Below are positions 10,882 through 21,335 of a stretch of DNA of 64,000 bases, in pieces. Position 1 is the first letter of the stretch; every line of letters starts with the position of its first letter. The stretch comes from an uncultured Bacilli bacterium. GTDB lineage: Bacteria; Bacillota_I; Bacilli_A; RFN20; CAG-449. The translations under genes were made by a program, and so were the position numbers. Location of the stretch: the NCBI GenBank assembly GCA_947632435.1, contig CANRPC010000010.1, forward strand, positions 643 through 64,642. Reading direction: 5' to 3'. The notes below the pieces were generated by a model. That model saw only the letters and a list, made by a program, of their open reading frames with translations. It was not told where the DNA came from and did not search any database.

Positions 10882-11862
10882 TTAATTTTGATATTTAATT
10901 TGTTCTTCTTTGTTAATTTTATATTCTTGCATTAAATTGCCTTCTAAATTTACATGAAACAAATTAATCGCACTTATTTGATGATTATTATATGAAGAAT
11001 AATAATAAATACCTTTTGAAGCATTGTAGCAAGAATTATATAAAGTGGCCATACATTCTTGTTCATTGATTCTTACACATCCTTTAGGTTCATTGACCGT
11101 TTCTAAGATGTGAAAGAATTGACTGATATTTTCTTTTTCATTGTCGCTAAATAAAGAATTATATTTAACAAAAGCCGCGCGGATAAATCTTGATTGCGAA
11201 GAATAATCACCAGGGAGACCAAAAGCACCCAAACCATAACTATATTCTTTAATAGGTAAATCTTTTAAAAAGCTATTTTTTGGTGGTAAAGGTGATAGTT
11301 GAAAATAATTATTAAGTTGAAATAATTGAATATTAAAGGGAGGATTATTTGTTAAAATACCAACAGGATTATCGTAAATATTTATTCCTTCTTTCATAGC
11401 TTCAATAGTAACACTTTTATCAGAATCCGCTAAAAGCCAATGCAATTGACTAACATCAACATTTTCACTAAATTTGATATTTGTAATATTTACTTTTTTC
11501 ATTAATTCTAATGCTTCAACAACATTTTTGCATCTGCTTAAAATATAAGGGATTAATTCAAATGTTGCTACATTTTCGGTATTTTTAATTTCGATATTAT
11601 ATTTTGCATTTCCTACAAAATTTAATGCTGCTATAGCTAATCCTTTTTCATTACAAGCATCAAAAAATAAAGGATAATTATCAATTATCGAACACATACC
11701 ATACATGGCATAATGTCTTTTGATGTCCTTAGTATTTTTATCTTTAAAACTGAAGGAAAAGTTTCTAGGTATAACAACAATTTTTTCATGAAAACTATGG
11801 GAAAAATCTAAAGTTCTGCCAAAATAAAAATCTTTCGCTTTATAAGTTAACGCTGTACACAT
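10882..11862 (-). CDS. Second choloylglycine hydrolase family protein (BSH/penicillin V acylase-like)
   Basis: MCTA, GRTLD, NEKGL, TNNPPF, GLPGDYSSQSRF; clear paralogue of 7964..8941. Confidence 0.9.
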   Translation of the reverse strand: MCTALTYKAKDFYFGRTLDFSHSFHEKIVVIPRNFSFSFKDKNTKDIKRHYAMYGMCSIIDNYPLFFDACNEKGLAIAALNFVGNAKYNIEIKNTENVATFELIPYILSRCKNVVEALELMKKVNITNIKFSENVDVSQLHWLLADSDKSVTIEAMKEGINIYDNPVGILTNNPPFNIQLFQLNNYFQLSPLPPKNSFLKDLPIKEYSYGLGAFGLPGDYSSQSRFIRAAFVKYNSLFSDNEKENISQFFHILETVNEPKGCVRINEQECMATLYNSCYNASKGIYYYSSYNNHQISAINLFHVNLEGNLMQEYKINKEEQIKYQN

Positions 11863-11932
11863 ATTTCAATATATGCTTCATAAAAAAAATATTGCTAAAA
11901 AATTTTAAATTTCTGTTTTATATAAAAACATA

Positions 11933-11961
11933 TTGATTTTATATTTGTATATATTTATAAT
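11933..11961 (+). promoter_or_regulatory. Sigma-A promoter of the pot operon
   Basis: TTGATT-17 nt-TATAAT. Confidence 0.65.
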
Positions 11962-11984
11962 GCTTTCGTAAAAGTTAAAACAAA

Positions 11985-12001
11985 TTTTAGTATTACTAAA
12001 A
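11985..12001. promoter_or_regulatory. Candidate operator palindrome
   Basis: TTTTAGTA-T-TACTAAAA between the -10 element and the SD of the XRE regulator. Confidence 0.5.
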
Positions 12002-12016
12002 AAATGAGGTGATTTT

Positions 12017-12550
12017 ATGGATATAGGTGCAAGATTAAAAATGTTAAGGAAGAAAAATGGATTAACACTTTCAGAATTAGCATCAAGATGCGAGTTAACA
12101 ACAGGTTTTTTATCGCAAATCGAAAATAATATTTCTTCACCTTCAATTGTTACCCTTGAAGATATTATCTTAGCATTAGGTACAACTTTAAAAGAATTTT
12201 TTAATGATTCTGAAGAAAAGAAAATAATATTTCAAAAAGATGATTTTTTTGAACATGAAACAAATGATTATATTATTAAATGGGTTGTGCCAGATGCTCA
12301 AAAAAGAGCAATTGAGCCTATTGTAATTACTATTAAACCACATGGCAAATCACAAATTATTCAACCTCATGATGGAGAAGAATTTGGTTATGTCTTAAAA
12401 GGTAAAGCCACTCTTATTTATGGTAAAGAAGAGAAAATTATTAAAAATGGTCAAACATTTTATCTTGAAGGTGATAAAACACATTATATAGAGAATAAAG
12501 GTGAGGATTTGGTTACTATTTTATGGATATCAACTCCTCCATCATTTTAA
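12017..12550 (+). CDS. XRE-family HTH + cupin transcriptional regulator (PuuR-like, pot-associated)
   Basis: [20 protein letters not shown]...LSQIEN HTH; H.GEEF cupin motif; directly upstream of potA. Confidence 0.9.
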   Translation: MDIGARLKMLRKKNGLTLSELASRCELTTGFLSQIENNISSPSIVTLEDIILALGTTLKEFFNDSEEKKIIFQKDDFFEHETNDYIIKWVVPDAQKRAIEPIVITIKPHGKSQIIQPHDGEEFGYVLKGKATLIYGKEEKIIKNGQTFYLEGDKTHYIENKGEDLVTILWISTPPSF

Positions 12551-12561
12551 GGAGAATTAAT

Positions 12562-13701
12562 ATGTCAGAAACTAATGAAATTCAAGAAAGAAAAGCTATT
12601 ATCCAAATAAGTGACTTAACTAAAGAATACGATGGTCAAATTGTCTTAAAAGGTATTGATTTGACAATATATGAAAATGAATTTGTAACATTTCTTGGAC
12701 CTTCTGGATGTGGTAAAACAACTACTTTAAGAATTATTGGAGGCTTTGAAGAACCAACAAGTGGCTCTGTTATTTTTGATGGTAAAGATATGCATAATGT
12801 GCCTTGCTATGAAAGAGCAACAAATACAGTATTTCAACGTTATGCTTTATTTCCACATTTAAATGTTTTTGATAACGTTGCTTTTGGTCTTAAAATACAA
12901 AATTCGAAAAACAAAGGTATTAAAGGTTTTATTAAACAAAAGATTAGAAAAAAAGATTTGAAAATCTTTACAAAATCAGAAATTGAACAAGAAGTAAAAA
13001 GAGTTTTACATTTAGTTGGTCTAGATGGCTTTGAAAAAAGATCAATCGCTAAAATGAGTGGTGGTCAACAACAGCGTGTTGCAATTGCAAGAGCTTTAAT
13101 AAATAAGCCACGCGTTTTATTACTTGATGAACCTTTAAGTGCATTAGATTTAAAGTTACGTCAAGAAATGCAATATGAATTAAAAGAAATGCAAAGAAGA
13201 ACAGGTATAACTTTTATTTTTGTTACTCATGATCAAGAAGAAGCTTTGACAATGTCAGATAAAATTGTGGTTATGAATAAAGGTGAAATCCAACAAGTAG
13301 GAACTCCTGAAGAAATATATAATGAACCAATAAATAAGTTTGTTGCCCAATTTATTGGTGAATCAAATATTATTGAAGGTAAAATGCTTAAAGATTATCT
13401 TGTTGAATTTGATGGCAAAAAATATGAATGTGTCGATCGTGGATTTTCGGAAAATGAAATTGTTGATGTTGTAATTCGACCAGAAGATATCGATATAGTG
13501 GAAAAAGGTAAAGGTTATATAAGTGGTGTTGTAGATTCAATCATTTTTAAAGGGGTACATTTTGAAATAGATGTAAAAACAAAAGATAGAATTTACACGA
13601 TTCATACTACTGATTATCATAAAGAAGGAACTGAAGTAGATCTTATTTTTACACCAGAAGATTTACATATTATGGAGAAATGGACTTATGTCGACATTTA
13701 A
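12562..13701 (+). CDS. potA: Spermidine/putrescine ABC transporter ATPase
   Basis: [32 protein letters not shown] tail. Start moved to ATG 12562 after SD AAGGAG. Confidence 0.93.
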   Translation: MSETNEIQERKAIIQISDLTKEYDGQIVLKGIDLTIYENEFVTFLGPSGCGKTTTLRIIGGFEEPTSGSVIFDGKDMHNVPCYERATNTVFQRYALFPHLNVFDNVAFGLKIQNSKNKGIKGFIKQKIRKKDLKIFTKSEIEQEVKRVLHLVGLDGFEKRSIAKMSGGQQQRVAIARALINKPRVLLLDEPLSALDLKLRQEMQYELKEMQRRTGITFIFVTHDQEEALTMSDKIVVMNKGEIQQVGTPEEIYNEPINKFVAQFIGESNIIEGKMLKDYLVEFDGKKYECVDRGFSENEIVDVVIRPEDIDIVEKGKGYISGVVDSIIFKGVHFEIDVKTKDRIYTIHTTDYHKEGTEVDLIFTPEDLHIMEKWTYVDI

Positions 13702-14572
13702 AAAATCTTTAAAAAGACACGTTAAATTAAAATTTCATAAACCCGATGTTGTTAAATCTTTAGCGTTACCTACTTTACTAGTCATTTTAGTTTTAATTGT
13801 TTTACCAATGCTTTTGCTATTAGGATATAGTTTTATTAATAAAGAAGGTATAGCTTTTAAACTTACATTTAATAATTACGTTGTTGCTTTTGCAACATCT
13901 TATTATTGGGATTCTTTATTTGTTTCATTTAAATATGCTTTGATTGCAACATTAATATGCCTTTTAATAGGATATCCTTTTGCATATTTTTTAAGTAAAG
14001 TTCATCCACGTTATCAAGGGATTATTTTATTATTAATTAATGCACCAATGTGGGTTAATATGACATTGAGAGTTTTTGGCTTAAAAGCATTACTTGGAAA
14101 TGGGGGAATTATTCAACAATTTCTCGTAGAGAATTTTCATTTTGATGTTTATAATAATGGTGTTGCTTTAGTAATTGGTTTAGTCTATATTTATTTACCA
14201 TTTATGATAATACCTATTTATACTACATTAATTAAAATTGATCCTGCACATATTGAAGCAGGATATGATTTAGGTGCAAATCCTTTTAAAGTCTTTCAAA
14301 AAATTACTTTTCCATTGTCATTCTCTGGAGTTTTAAGTGGAATTACAATGGTATTTTTACCAACGGCAACGGCAATTGTCGCTCCACATTATTTATATAA
14401 TTGGTCTTCTGGTGGTCAATTTATAGGGCAAATTATCGAAGCAAAAGTAAATAAAGGTTATTATGGAGAAGGCAGCGCAATTTCCATTTTTCTTGCAATT
14501 TTAATAACTATTATGTCATTAACAGCAAATAAATTTGATAGATATGCTACTTTGAGTGAAGGAGAAGAATAA
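13688..14572 (+). CDS. potB: Polyamine ABC permease
   Basis: Multi-TM; [26 protein letters not shown] loop. Confidence 0.9.
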   Translation: MSTFKKSLKRHVKLKFHKPDVVKSLALPTLLVILVLIVLPMLLLLGYSFINKEGIAFKLTFNNYVVAFATSYYWDSLFVSFKYALIATLICLLIGYPFAYFLSKVHPRYQGIILLLINAPMWVNMTLRVFGLKALLGNGGIIQQFLVENFHFDVYNNGVALVIGLVYIYLPFMIIPIYTTLIKIDPAHIEAGYDLGANPFKVFQKITFPLSFSGVLSGITMVFLPTATAIVAPHYLYNWSSGGQFIGQIIEAKVNKGYYGEGSAISIFLAILITIMSLTANKFDRYATLSEGEE

Positions 14573-15378
14573 TGAAAGTTTCTAAGACCACTAAACGCTT
14601 CCGTATTATCTTTTTAAGCGTGATAATATTATTTCTTTATATTCCTCTTTTTTACATTGTTATTTTTTCTTTTAATAAATCTAGTTCATTATTGAAAATG
14701 TCAGGTTTTTCTTTTAAATGGTACTCTCAAATGTTTGATAATGATCAATTGATGGATGCCATTTGGAATACTATTTCTTGTGCTATAATAGCAACAGTAG
14801 TATCCACCATAATTGGTACATTAGGTGCAATTGGTTTATCAAAATATAAAAAAAATAGCCGAAATATTTTATTAGCGGCGACAAATTTTCCCGTATTAAA
14901 TCCCGATATTGTTACTGCTATTGGTTTATTATTAGTATTCTTACTTTTCAATATTAAAGGTGGCTATTTTACAATGATTTTAGCTCATATTAGTTTCTGT
15001 ACACCATTTGTAATAATAACAATATATCCAAAATTAAAAACGTTAGATTCAAATACTTTAGAAGCTGCTATGGATTTAGGTGCAAAACCATTAAATGCAG
15101 TCGTAAGAGTTTTGATTCCTCAATTAAAGTCAGCAATTTTTGCCGCGGCAAGTATGGCATTTACGATGTCCTTTGATGATTTTGTAATTACTTATTTTGT
15201 TACAGGTGCCTCTATTAATAATATTTCAACTTATTTATATACAGTTGTATTAAGAAAAACTAAAGATTTAACAGTAAATGCATTTTCCACAATATTAATT
15301 ATTTTCATTGTAATTATAGTTATAATTAGATTTATAATTGATCAACAAAAATATAAATCTAAAAAAATTAAAAATTAA
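14572..15378 (+). CDS. potC: Polyamine ABC permease
   Basis: FLYIP..FSFN, EAAMDLGA, SFDDFVIT. Confidence 0.9.
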   Translation: MKVSKTTKRFRIIFLSVIILFLYIPLFYIVIFSFNKSSSLLKMSGFSFKWYSQMFDNDQLMDAIWNTISCAIIATVVSTIIGTLGAIGLSKYKKNSRNILLAATNFPVLNPDIVTAIGLLLVFLLFNIKGGYFTMILAHISFCTPFVIITIYPKLKTLDSNTLEAAMDLGAKPLNAVVRVLIPQLKSAIFAAASMAFTMSFDDFVITYFVTGASINNISTYLYTVVLRKTKDLTVNAFSTILIIFIVIIVIIRFIIDQQKYKSKKIKN

Positions 15379-15605
15379 ATTATTTTTAATAGATTTTATT
15401 AGGAAGCTTTTGCTTTCTTTTTTTGAATTTACTTTGTCATTTAACTTAAAAAATTTTTTTAATGATGTTTTTCTTGATTTTTATTTTCTACATAATTATA
15501 ATTTTTCACATAAATTTTGTATTTTAACTTTACTATTAAATTATTCATCATGAAAATTTGATAAAAAATTTAAGATTTACATAATTTATATAAATGGGGG
15601 AAATT

Positions 15606-18578
15606 ATGAAAAAAAGATTATTTGTTCTTGGTGTTGCTTCCTTATTAGCATTAATGGGATGTAATAATAGTAAAAATAGTTCTACAAATTCTTCTTTTGA
15701 ATCAGTTTCTGTTACGGATTCATCTTCATTATCTGAGGAAGAAAGTTTTACTATTAAAATTGAAACATCAAATTTTGCTATATTACATTGTGATCATACT
15801 GAAGCTAAATTTGGTGAACAAGTTGTTTTAACTTATGAACTAGAAGAAAATTGTGTTTTATTATCAGTAAAAATGAATGATACAGAATTAAAAGAAGATA
15901 GTGAACATCGTTTTGTCTTTGAAATGCCTAAAGAAAACGTAGTTATAACTTATGAAGCTAAATTAACTCATGAAGTGGAATTTGTTTCTTCACATGCAAG
16001 TGCATCTTTAAAAGGTGATAAAACTCGTTTTTATGAAGGTGAAACAGTATTATTTTCGGTAGATAAAGTTGATGAAGATTATACTTTTGATCGTTTTGAA
16101 ATTAAAGATTTAAAAAATAATGTCATTAGTTATACTCATGTTGAAGATTTAGTTTATTCTTTTGAAATGCCTGATGATAAAGTTACAATTACTGCTATCG
16201 CGGAATTGACAAAATATGATATTACTTTACCTTCTTCATTACCTCAAGGAATTGAGTTTATGCTTGTTAATAATAAAGTTTTACCAGAAGAAATGGTTTC
16301 TCTTTATGTTAAAAATGATGTTAAAGAAGAAAAACGTATTGTTTCCGTTTCAAAAGATGGTACACCTTTAGAAGGCAAAGCTACAAATGAAAAAAATGTT
16401 ACCCTATATACATTTGAAATGCCTAAAAATGCTGTTGTAATAACTGCAGAAATTATCGATGTTTATGTTGTTTCATTAAAAGAAGAACTTCAAGATATTT
16501 TAGCTTTAGAGGGTAATTTAATCGCTGCAGAAGGTGAACAAGTTGAATTTACTCCAGTATTTTATAAAGATAATTACTGGGCTAAAAAATTTAAAGCAGT
16601 AGAACAAGATGTTGAAGTTGTTCCATCTAGTAAACAAGGATATTTTACTTTTACAATGCCAAATCATGCCGTAACTATTGATGCTGAAATTGGAAAAATT
16701 GGACATGCCGTAATATTTGATAAAGAATCAAGTTACTATAGCATTGAACTTAAAGATGATACCACTGATGGTATTTATAAAGAAGGAGATGAAGTAAAAG
16801 TAAAAGTCACTCCAAAAAATATAAATGATACTAAAATAACAGGATTAAAAGTAAATGATTCATTATTTGAAGAACTTGATGATGAAGGTTATTATACTTT
16901 TACAATGTTAGATGAAAATGTTACTCTTGATCCAGTTTTAGAATTTAATTATAAAGAAATCGTGGTAGATCAATTTGAAGGATTTACATTTACTGTAACC
17001 ACCTTTAAAGATGATCAAGAAGTTACATGGGAAAATAATGTATTATCTAATCAAGACATTACTATTAATGTTTCTCAATTAGATTTAGAAACAAGTGCTT
17101 ATACTTTATTAGGCTTTAGAGTTTATTATGGAGAAGATGAGAATAACACTAGTGTAAGTAGTACAAAATTAACATCTAATGATGATAAATATACTTATAA
17201 AGTTCAAGAGGATCACTATTATCGTTTTGAACCAATTGTTGTTAAGAAATCTTATTCAACAGAAGAAATCGTTGGTGAATATGAAGCAGGATATAGACCT
17301 TATTGGGAAAAGAATTATCCATTTACATTTTCTGAAACAGGTTCAATAAATTGTTCTGACATGGGTGCTAGTATAAGTAATAAAACTGTTTATGTTGATC
17401 CTCAAAATGAAAATCATTATACATTTGATGGTGGATCTTCATATATAGGACAAATATTCTATAATGGCAATGGCACTATGTTGGTGGTTAATTCCGATAC
17501 AAGAGGAAATACATATTTATTAACTAAAGGTCATGGCAATATTGATATTGATCAATCATTTAGTTATTATTCTTTAATCCCTGAAAGTACAACTATCATT
17601 AGTAAACAATTTATTAATATGGTAACAACTGATGGAACAAATGTAACTGCTTTATATGATTATGTATTAAATAAAGTTTACTTTAATCCAACAATGGAAG
17701 TTATTTCTGGAACTGATGGAAAAACTTTAAATGATGAAGTTTTAATTAAAGATAATCAAGATAATGTTTTAGCGTTATTTAAAATTACAAAAATTAGTTC
17801 TAAAGGTGATGGTTATCAACATGCTGCAGTAGAAGAAAGTCTTGATTCATATGCTGGCAATTATACGCCATTTGCTGAAGAAGATGGAACTGATAATTTA
17901 CTTGTTACAGGTTATGGCAAAGTAAAAATTGGTGAAAATACATATTCTTATACTCTTGAAGATAATATTCTTTGTGTAGAAATTGAAGGAGTTACAAAGT
18001 ATTATGTTTTAAATAAAGAAGATTTTACATATAAAAAATCTTTAGGACCAACAGATAGTTATGAAGGAACATATTCATTAGATGGCCAAGATGTAGTTTT
18101 AGATGGCTATGGGAATGCGACTAAAGGCGAAGAAACATTTACTTATGAAATAAAAAATGATAAGTATTTGGTTTTGACAAGTTCCACAAGTGAAATAACT
18201 TATTATTTAATTGATAAAGATAGTTTTACTTTAACGCAAATTGAAGAACTTTTAAATCCATATGTTGATAAAACTTATGAAGCAGCCTTTGATTTTAACT
18301 CACTTAAATGTAAAGCAATAATAACTTTTACTTCAGAAACAGAATGTGATTTTAAATATACAAAAGAAGATGGTGGTTATCCAACTGTTCATTCTTGTAA
18401 AGGAACTTATGAAATTAAAGATGGTGGAATAGTTACTATTAATATTACAAAAGTTACTGGTGCAAAACTAAGTTTTGATCTTCAAGATAATGGACAAGGT
18501 GCATTAATTATGCTTCAAGAAGAAGTTATTGGAAATGGTTATAGTATTCCAGTAAATGCTAAATTTGAAGTTAAATAA
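15606..18578 (+). CDS. Large acidic surface lipoprotein with tandem beta-sandwich (InlB-B/Flg_new_2-like) repeats
   Basis: Lipobox LMGC, Ser-rich linker, at least five F(E/T)M(P/L)..V.(I/L) repeats, then Y.G.Y...GYG beta modules. Start at ATG 15606. Confidence 0.75.
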   Translation: MKKRLFVLGVASLLALMGCNNSKNSSTNSSFESVSVTDSSSLSEEESFTIKIETSNFAILHCDHTEAKFGEQVVLTYELEENCVLLSVKMNDTELKEDSEHRFVFEMPKENVVITYEAKLTHEVEFVSSHASASLKGDKTRFYEGETVLFSVDKVDEDYTFDRFEIKDLKNNVISYTHVEDLVYSFEMPDDKVTITAIAELTKYDITLPSSLPQGIEFMLVNNKVLPEEMVSLYVKNDVKEEKRIVSVSKDGTPLEGKATNEKNVTLYTFEMPKNAVVITAEIIDVYVVSLKEELQDILALEGNLIAAEGEQVEFTPVFYKDNYWAKKFKAVEQDVEVVPSSKQGYFTFTMPNHAVTIDAEIGKIGHAVIFDKESSYYSIELKDDTTDGIYKEGDEVKVKVTPKNINDTKITGLKVNDSLFEELDDEGYYTFTMLDENVTLDPVLEFNYKEIVVDQFEGFTFTVTTFKDDQEVTWENNVLSNQDITINVSQLDLETSAYTLLGFRVYYGEDENNTSVSSTKLTSNDDKYTYKVQEDHYYRFEPIVVKKSYSTEEIVGEYEAGYRPYWEKNYPFTFSETGSINCSDMGASISNKTVYVDPQNENHYTFDGGSSYIGQIFYNGNGTMLVVNSDTRGNTYLLTKGHGNIDIDQSFSYYSLIPESTTIISKQFINMVTTDGTNVTALYDYVLNKVYFNPTMEVISGTDGKTLNDEVLIKDNQDNVLALFKITKISSKGDGYQHAAVEESLDSYAGNYTPFAEEDGTDNLLVTGYGKVKIGENTYSYTLEDNILCVEIEGVTKYYVLNKEDFTYKKSLGPTDSYEGTYSLDGQDVVLDGYGNATKGEETFTYEIKNDKYLVLTSSTSEITYYLIDKDSFTLTQIEELLNPYVDKTYEAAFDFNSLKCKAIITFTSETECDFKYTKEDGGYPTVHSCKGTYEIKDGGIVTINITKVTGAKLSFDLQDNGQGALIMLQEEVIGNGYSIPVNAKFEVK
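18009..18032 (+). repeat. 24-bp exact repeat shared by the two surface-protein paralogues (second copy 20547..20570)
   Basis: TTAAATAAAGAAGATTTTACATAT at both positions. Confidence 0.85.
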
Positions 18579-18596
18579 AAGGAGATATATTGTTAT

Positions 18597-21173
18597 ATGA
18601 AAAGAAAAATATTATTAACCACGACAGTTTTAACTTTAACTTGCTTAATGGGGTGGAATCAATTATCTCACATAAAAGAAACAGATGATCAAAAAGTAAA
18701 TCTTTTGGATAATCAACAAAAAGGTTTAATTTTACCTCAAATTGAGGGTGTAAATATTGTTAGTGATAAATTAGAACCAATGGCTAATGAATTAGTTAAA
18801 TTAACAATTTCACCTAAAGATCCATTGTCAAAAAGAATTAATGAAGTTAGGGTAAATAATAAGATTATTAAAGGACAAAAATCTTTAGAAGATGATACTA
18901 TTTCTTATGAATTTAAGATGCCAGATAATGATGTGGCTATTGTCGATGTATTCGCTGTTGATTTGCATAAAATTTTAATTGATGAAAGTGTTAAAGATAG
19001 CTTAAGCATTTATGGTGTTGAAAATAATGTTGCTGCAGAAAATGAGGTTGTGGAATTTAGACCAGTTAGTTATGCAGGATATTATTTTAAACAAGTTGAA
19101 GCTATTGATGATGATGTTGAAATTACTCCAGTTGAAGGAAAAAGCAATTGGTATAAATTTACAATGCCTTCTCATGATGTTACTTTAACTTCTGTAGTTG
19201 GAAAAAATATATATCAACTAAGTTTTGCAGATAATTTTGTTGTCGAAGGTGAAACAAAAGAAGTAATTTGGAATTTAGATACTGAAAGTGAAGTTAAAGA
19301 TGGTAAGTATTATGAATATGGCAAAGAATTATCATTTAAAATTGACAGTGTTTCAAATAAATATAAAATTGGAAATACTTATTTAGATGATACATTACTT
19401 ACTTTAAATGAAGAAGATGGAAAATATCATTTCACAATGCCTTCTTACGATGCAAAAATTAATTTTACTTATGATTTATGGTATCGTAACTTAACATTAA
19501 ATGATTTATCAGATAATCTTTCATTCAGTTTAAAAACTTTAGTGGATGATGAAGAAAAAGATGTAACAGATAACAATTTAGTTGCAGGCAATGAAGTTAG
19601 AATCTATGTTACAAATGATGTTGCTAATCCTCATTTTTTACCAACATTTGCTTTTAAAGGTAAAAATAGTGATGATGAAGAATTTAAAAATATTAATGTT
19701 TCAGTAACGGAACCAAGTTTAGATAAAGACTATTATTCTTTCATTGTTCCAACTTATGATGAAATAGATTTAACTCTTCAAGATAGATATGGAGTTATTG
19801 AAGAAGATGCTATATATGGTGAGTATGAAGGTGGATATAATTTAAATAGTTCAAGTAATGCTTCTGCAAGTGTTACAAGCAATTTTAAATTCAGATCTTC
19901 TAGTTATTCATCTTATGAAGATAAAGGTTTGATAGAATTTGTAAATCAAGGTGATTATTCTTCTTTAAAAACAAGTACAAATCAAATTTTCTATGATGGA
20001 GTTGATACTTTATTTACATTTGATTTAAATGCGCCTCAATTAGCTAATATAAAATTATTTTCTAAAGGACATAATAATTTTAGTTCTAGTAACTCTTTTG
20101 CTTATTATGTATCAAGTGAAACTAATACAAATAATGTTAGTAAATTGTTTATACATGCAGAATTTTCTGATCAAACTGTTAAAGAACTTTACTTTGATTT
20201 TGAAACATTAACAATATATTGGGATGCAAACTATAGTTTAGTAAGTGGAACAAATGGTAGTACAGTTGGAGATGTTTTAGAAATAACTACGGAAGATAAT
20301 ACTTTATTATCAGTATTTGAAATTGAAACTAAAGGCTCTTCATATTCAGGTTCTGCACATAAAGTTAAAAGTTATGTTATTGATGAATATCGAGGTACTT
20401 ATTTACCAAGTGAAGGAGAAAGCGAAACTGACAATTTATTTATCAATGGATATGGTGAATTAACAATTGGTGAAAATAAATATTCATACACATTAGAGGA
20501 TAATCTTTTAATTACTTTTGTTAATGATGAAACAAGATATTATTTATTAAATAAAGAAGATTTTACATATTCAAGAAGTGATGATCAACTTTCAGGTACT
20601 TATCAGTTTAATAGTGATGAAGGAAATAAAACTTTAATATTAGATGGTAAAGGTAATGCCACACTTGATGAAGTTCAAGGAACTTATATTAGATTAGCAA
20701 AAGATAAAATAGCGTTAAAAGTTGAAAATCAAACTTACTATGTTAAACTTGATACTTCACTAAATACTTTTGAATTTAAAATTATTGATCAGTTATATGA
20801 ATGGGTTGAAAGTTCAACTGAATATACATTTGATAATGAAAATGGTGTTTTAAAATCTAATAATTATCACCAAAATAGTTCTTCTGCTGAAATTGGTATA
20901 CGTGCTTTAGAAAACGTTACGATATCTTTTACTTATAATGTATCTTCAGAAGGTTCTTATACAATTTATGATTATTTAACTATAAAACGTAATGATGAAG
21001 TAATTTTAACTAAACTTGGTGGAAAACAAGGCACAGGAGATGTCGATTATTCTATTGAACTTCAAGCAGGTGATACTTTAACATTTATCTATTCTAAAGA
21101 TAGCTCTGGTGATGGTGGAGATGATTGTGCATTAATTAAAAACTTGAAGATTTATGGAATTAGCATCCTTTAA
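18597..21173 (+). CDS. Large surface/secreted protein, paralogue of the upstream lipoprotein, with a different C-terminal jelly-roll-like domain
   Basis: N-terminal hydrophobic signal; FxMP repeats; shared GEYE.GY and IGEN.YSYTLEDN..Y.LNKEDFTY blocks; C-terminal SSE..YDYL..YSKDSS..GDD domain. Confidence 0.72.
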   Translation: MKRKILLTTTVLTLTCLMGWNQLSHIKETDDQKVNLLDNQQKGLILPQIEGVNIVSDKLEPMANELVKLTISPKDPLSKRINEVRVNNKIIKGQKSLEDDTISYEFKMPDNDVAIVDVFAVDLHKILIDESVKDSLSIYGVENNVAAENEVVEFRPVSYAGYYFKQVEAIDDDVEITPVEGKSNWYKFTMPSHDVTLTSVVGKNIYQLSFADNFVVEGETKEVIWNLDTESEVKDGKYYEYGKELSFKIDSVSNKYKIGNTYLDDTLLTLNEEDGKYHFTMPSYDAKINFTYDLWYRNLTLNDLSDNLSFSLKTLVDDEEKDVTDNNLVAGNEVRIYVTNDVANPHFLPTFAFKGKNSDDEEFKNINVSVTEPSLDKDYYSFIVPTYDEIDLTLQDRYGVIEEDAIYGEYEGGYNLNSSSNASASVTSNFKFRSSSYSSYEDKGLIEFVNQGDYSSLKTSTNQIFYDGVDTLFTFDLNAPQLANIKLFSKGHNNFSSSNSFAYYVSSETNTNNVSKLFIHAEFSDQTVKELYFDFETLTIYWDANYSLVSGTNGSTVGDVLEITTEDNTLLSVFEIETKGSSYSGSAHKVKSYVIDEYRGTYLPSEGESETDNLFINGYGELTIGENKYSYTLEDNLLITFVNDETRYYLLNKEDFTYSRSDDQLSGTYQFNSDEGNKTLILDGKGNATLDEVQGTYIRLAKDKIALKVENQTYYVKLDTSLNTFEFKIIDQLYEWVESSTEYTFDNENGVLKSNNYHQNSSSAEIGIRALENVTISFTYNVSSEGSYTIYDYLTIKRNDEVILTKLGGKQGTGDVDYSIELQAGDTLTFIYSKDSSGDGGDDCALIKNLKIYGISIL

Positions 21174-21194
21174 AAAATAATAAAAAAAACAAAA

Positions 21195-21236
21195 AAAGGG
21201 TATTACAATTTAATAAAGTAATATCCTTTATTTTTT
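21195..21236 (+). terminator. Intrinsic terminator after the surface-protein pair
   Basis: AAAGGGTATTAC...GTAATATCCTTT stem followed by a T tract. Confidence 0.7.
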
Positions 21237-21306
21237 GCTTAAAAAATCGATTTATTACTTAAAATAATTTTTAGCAAAAGTAAAATCAAATTTTTTAAAA
21301 TTATTC

Positions 21307-21335
21307 TTGCATATACATATTAATTTTATTATTAT
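21307..21335 (+). promoter_or_regulatory. Probable own sigma-A promoter of potD
   Basis: TTGCAT-17 nt-TATTAT upstream of SD GGGAGG. Confidence 0.5.

Noticed and set aside
21269-21285. Second copy of the pot operator upstream of potD (TTTTAGCAAAAGTAAAA)
   Set aside because: 13/17 match, but almost all A/T and not palindromic; indistinguishable from chance.
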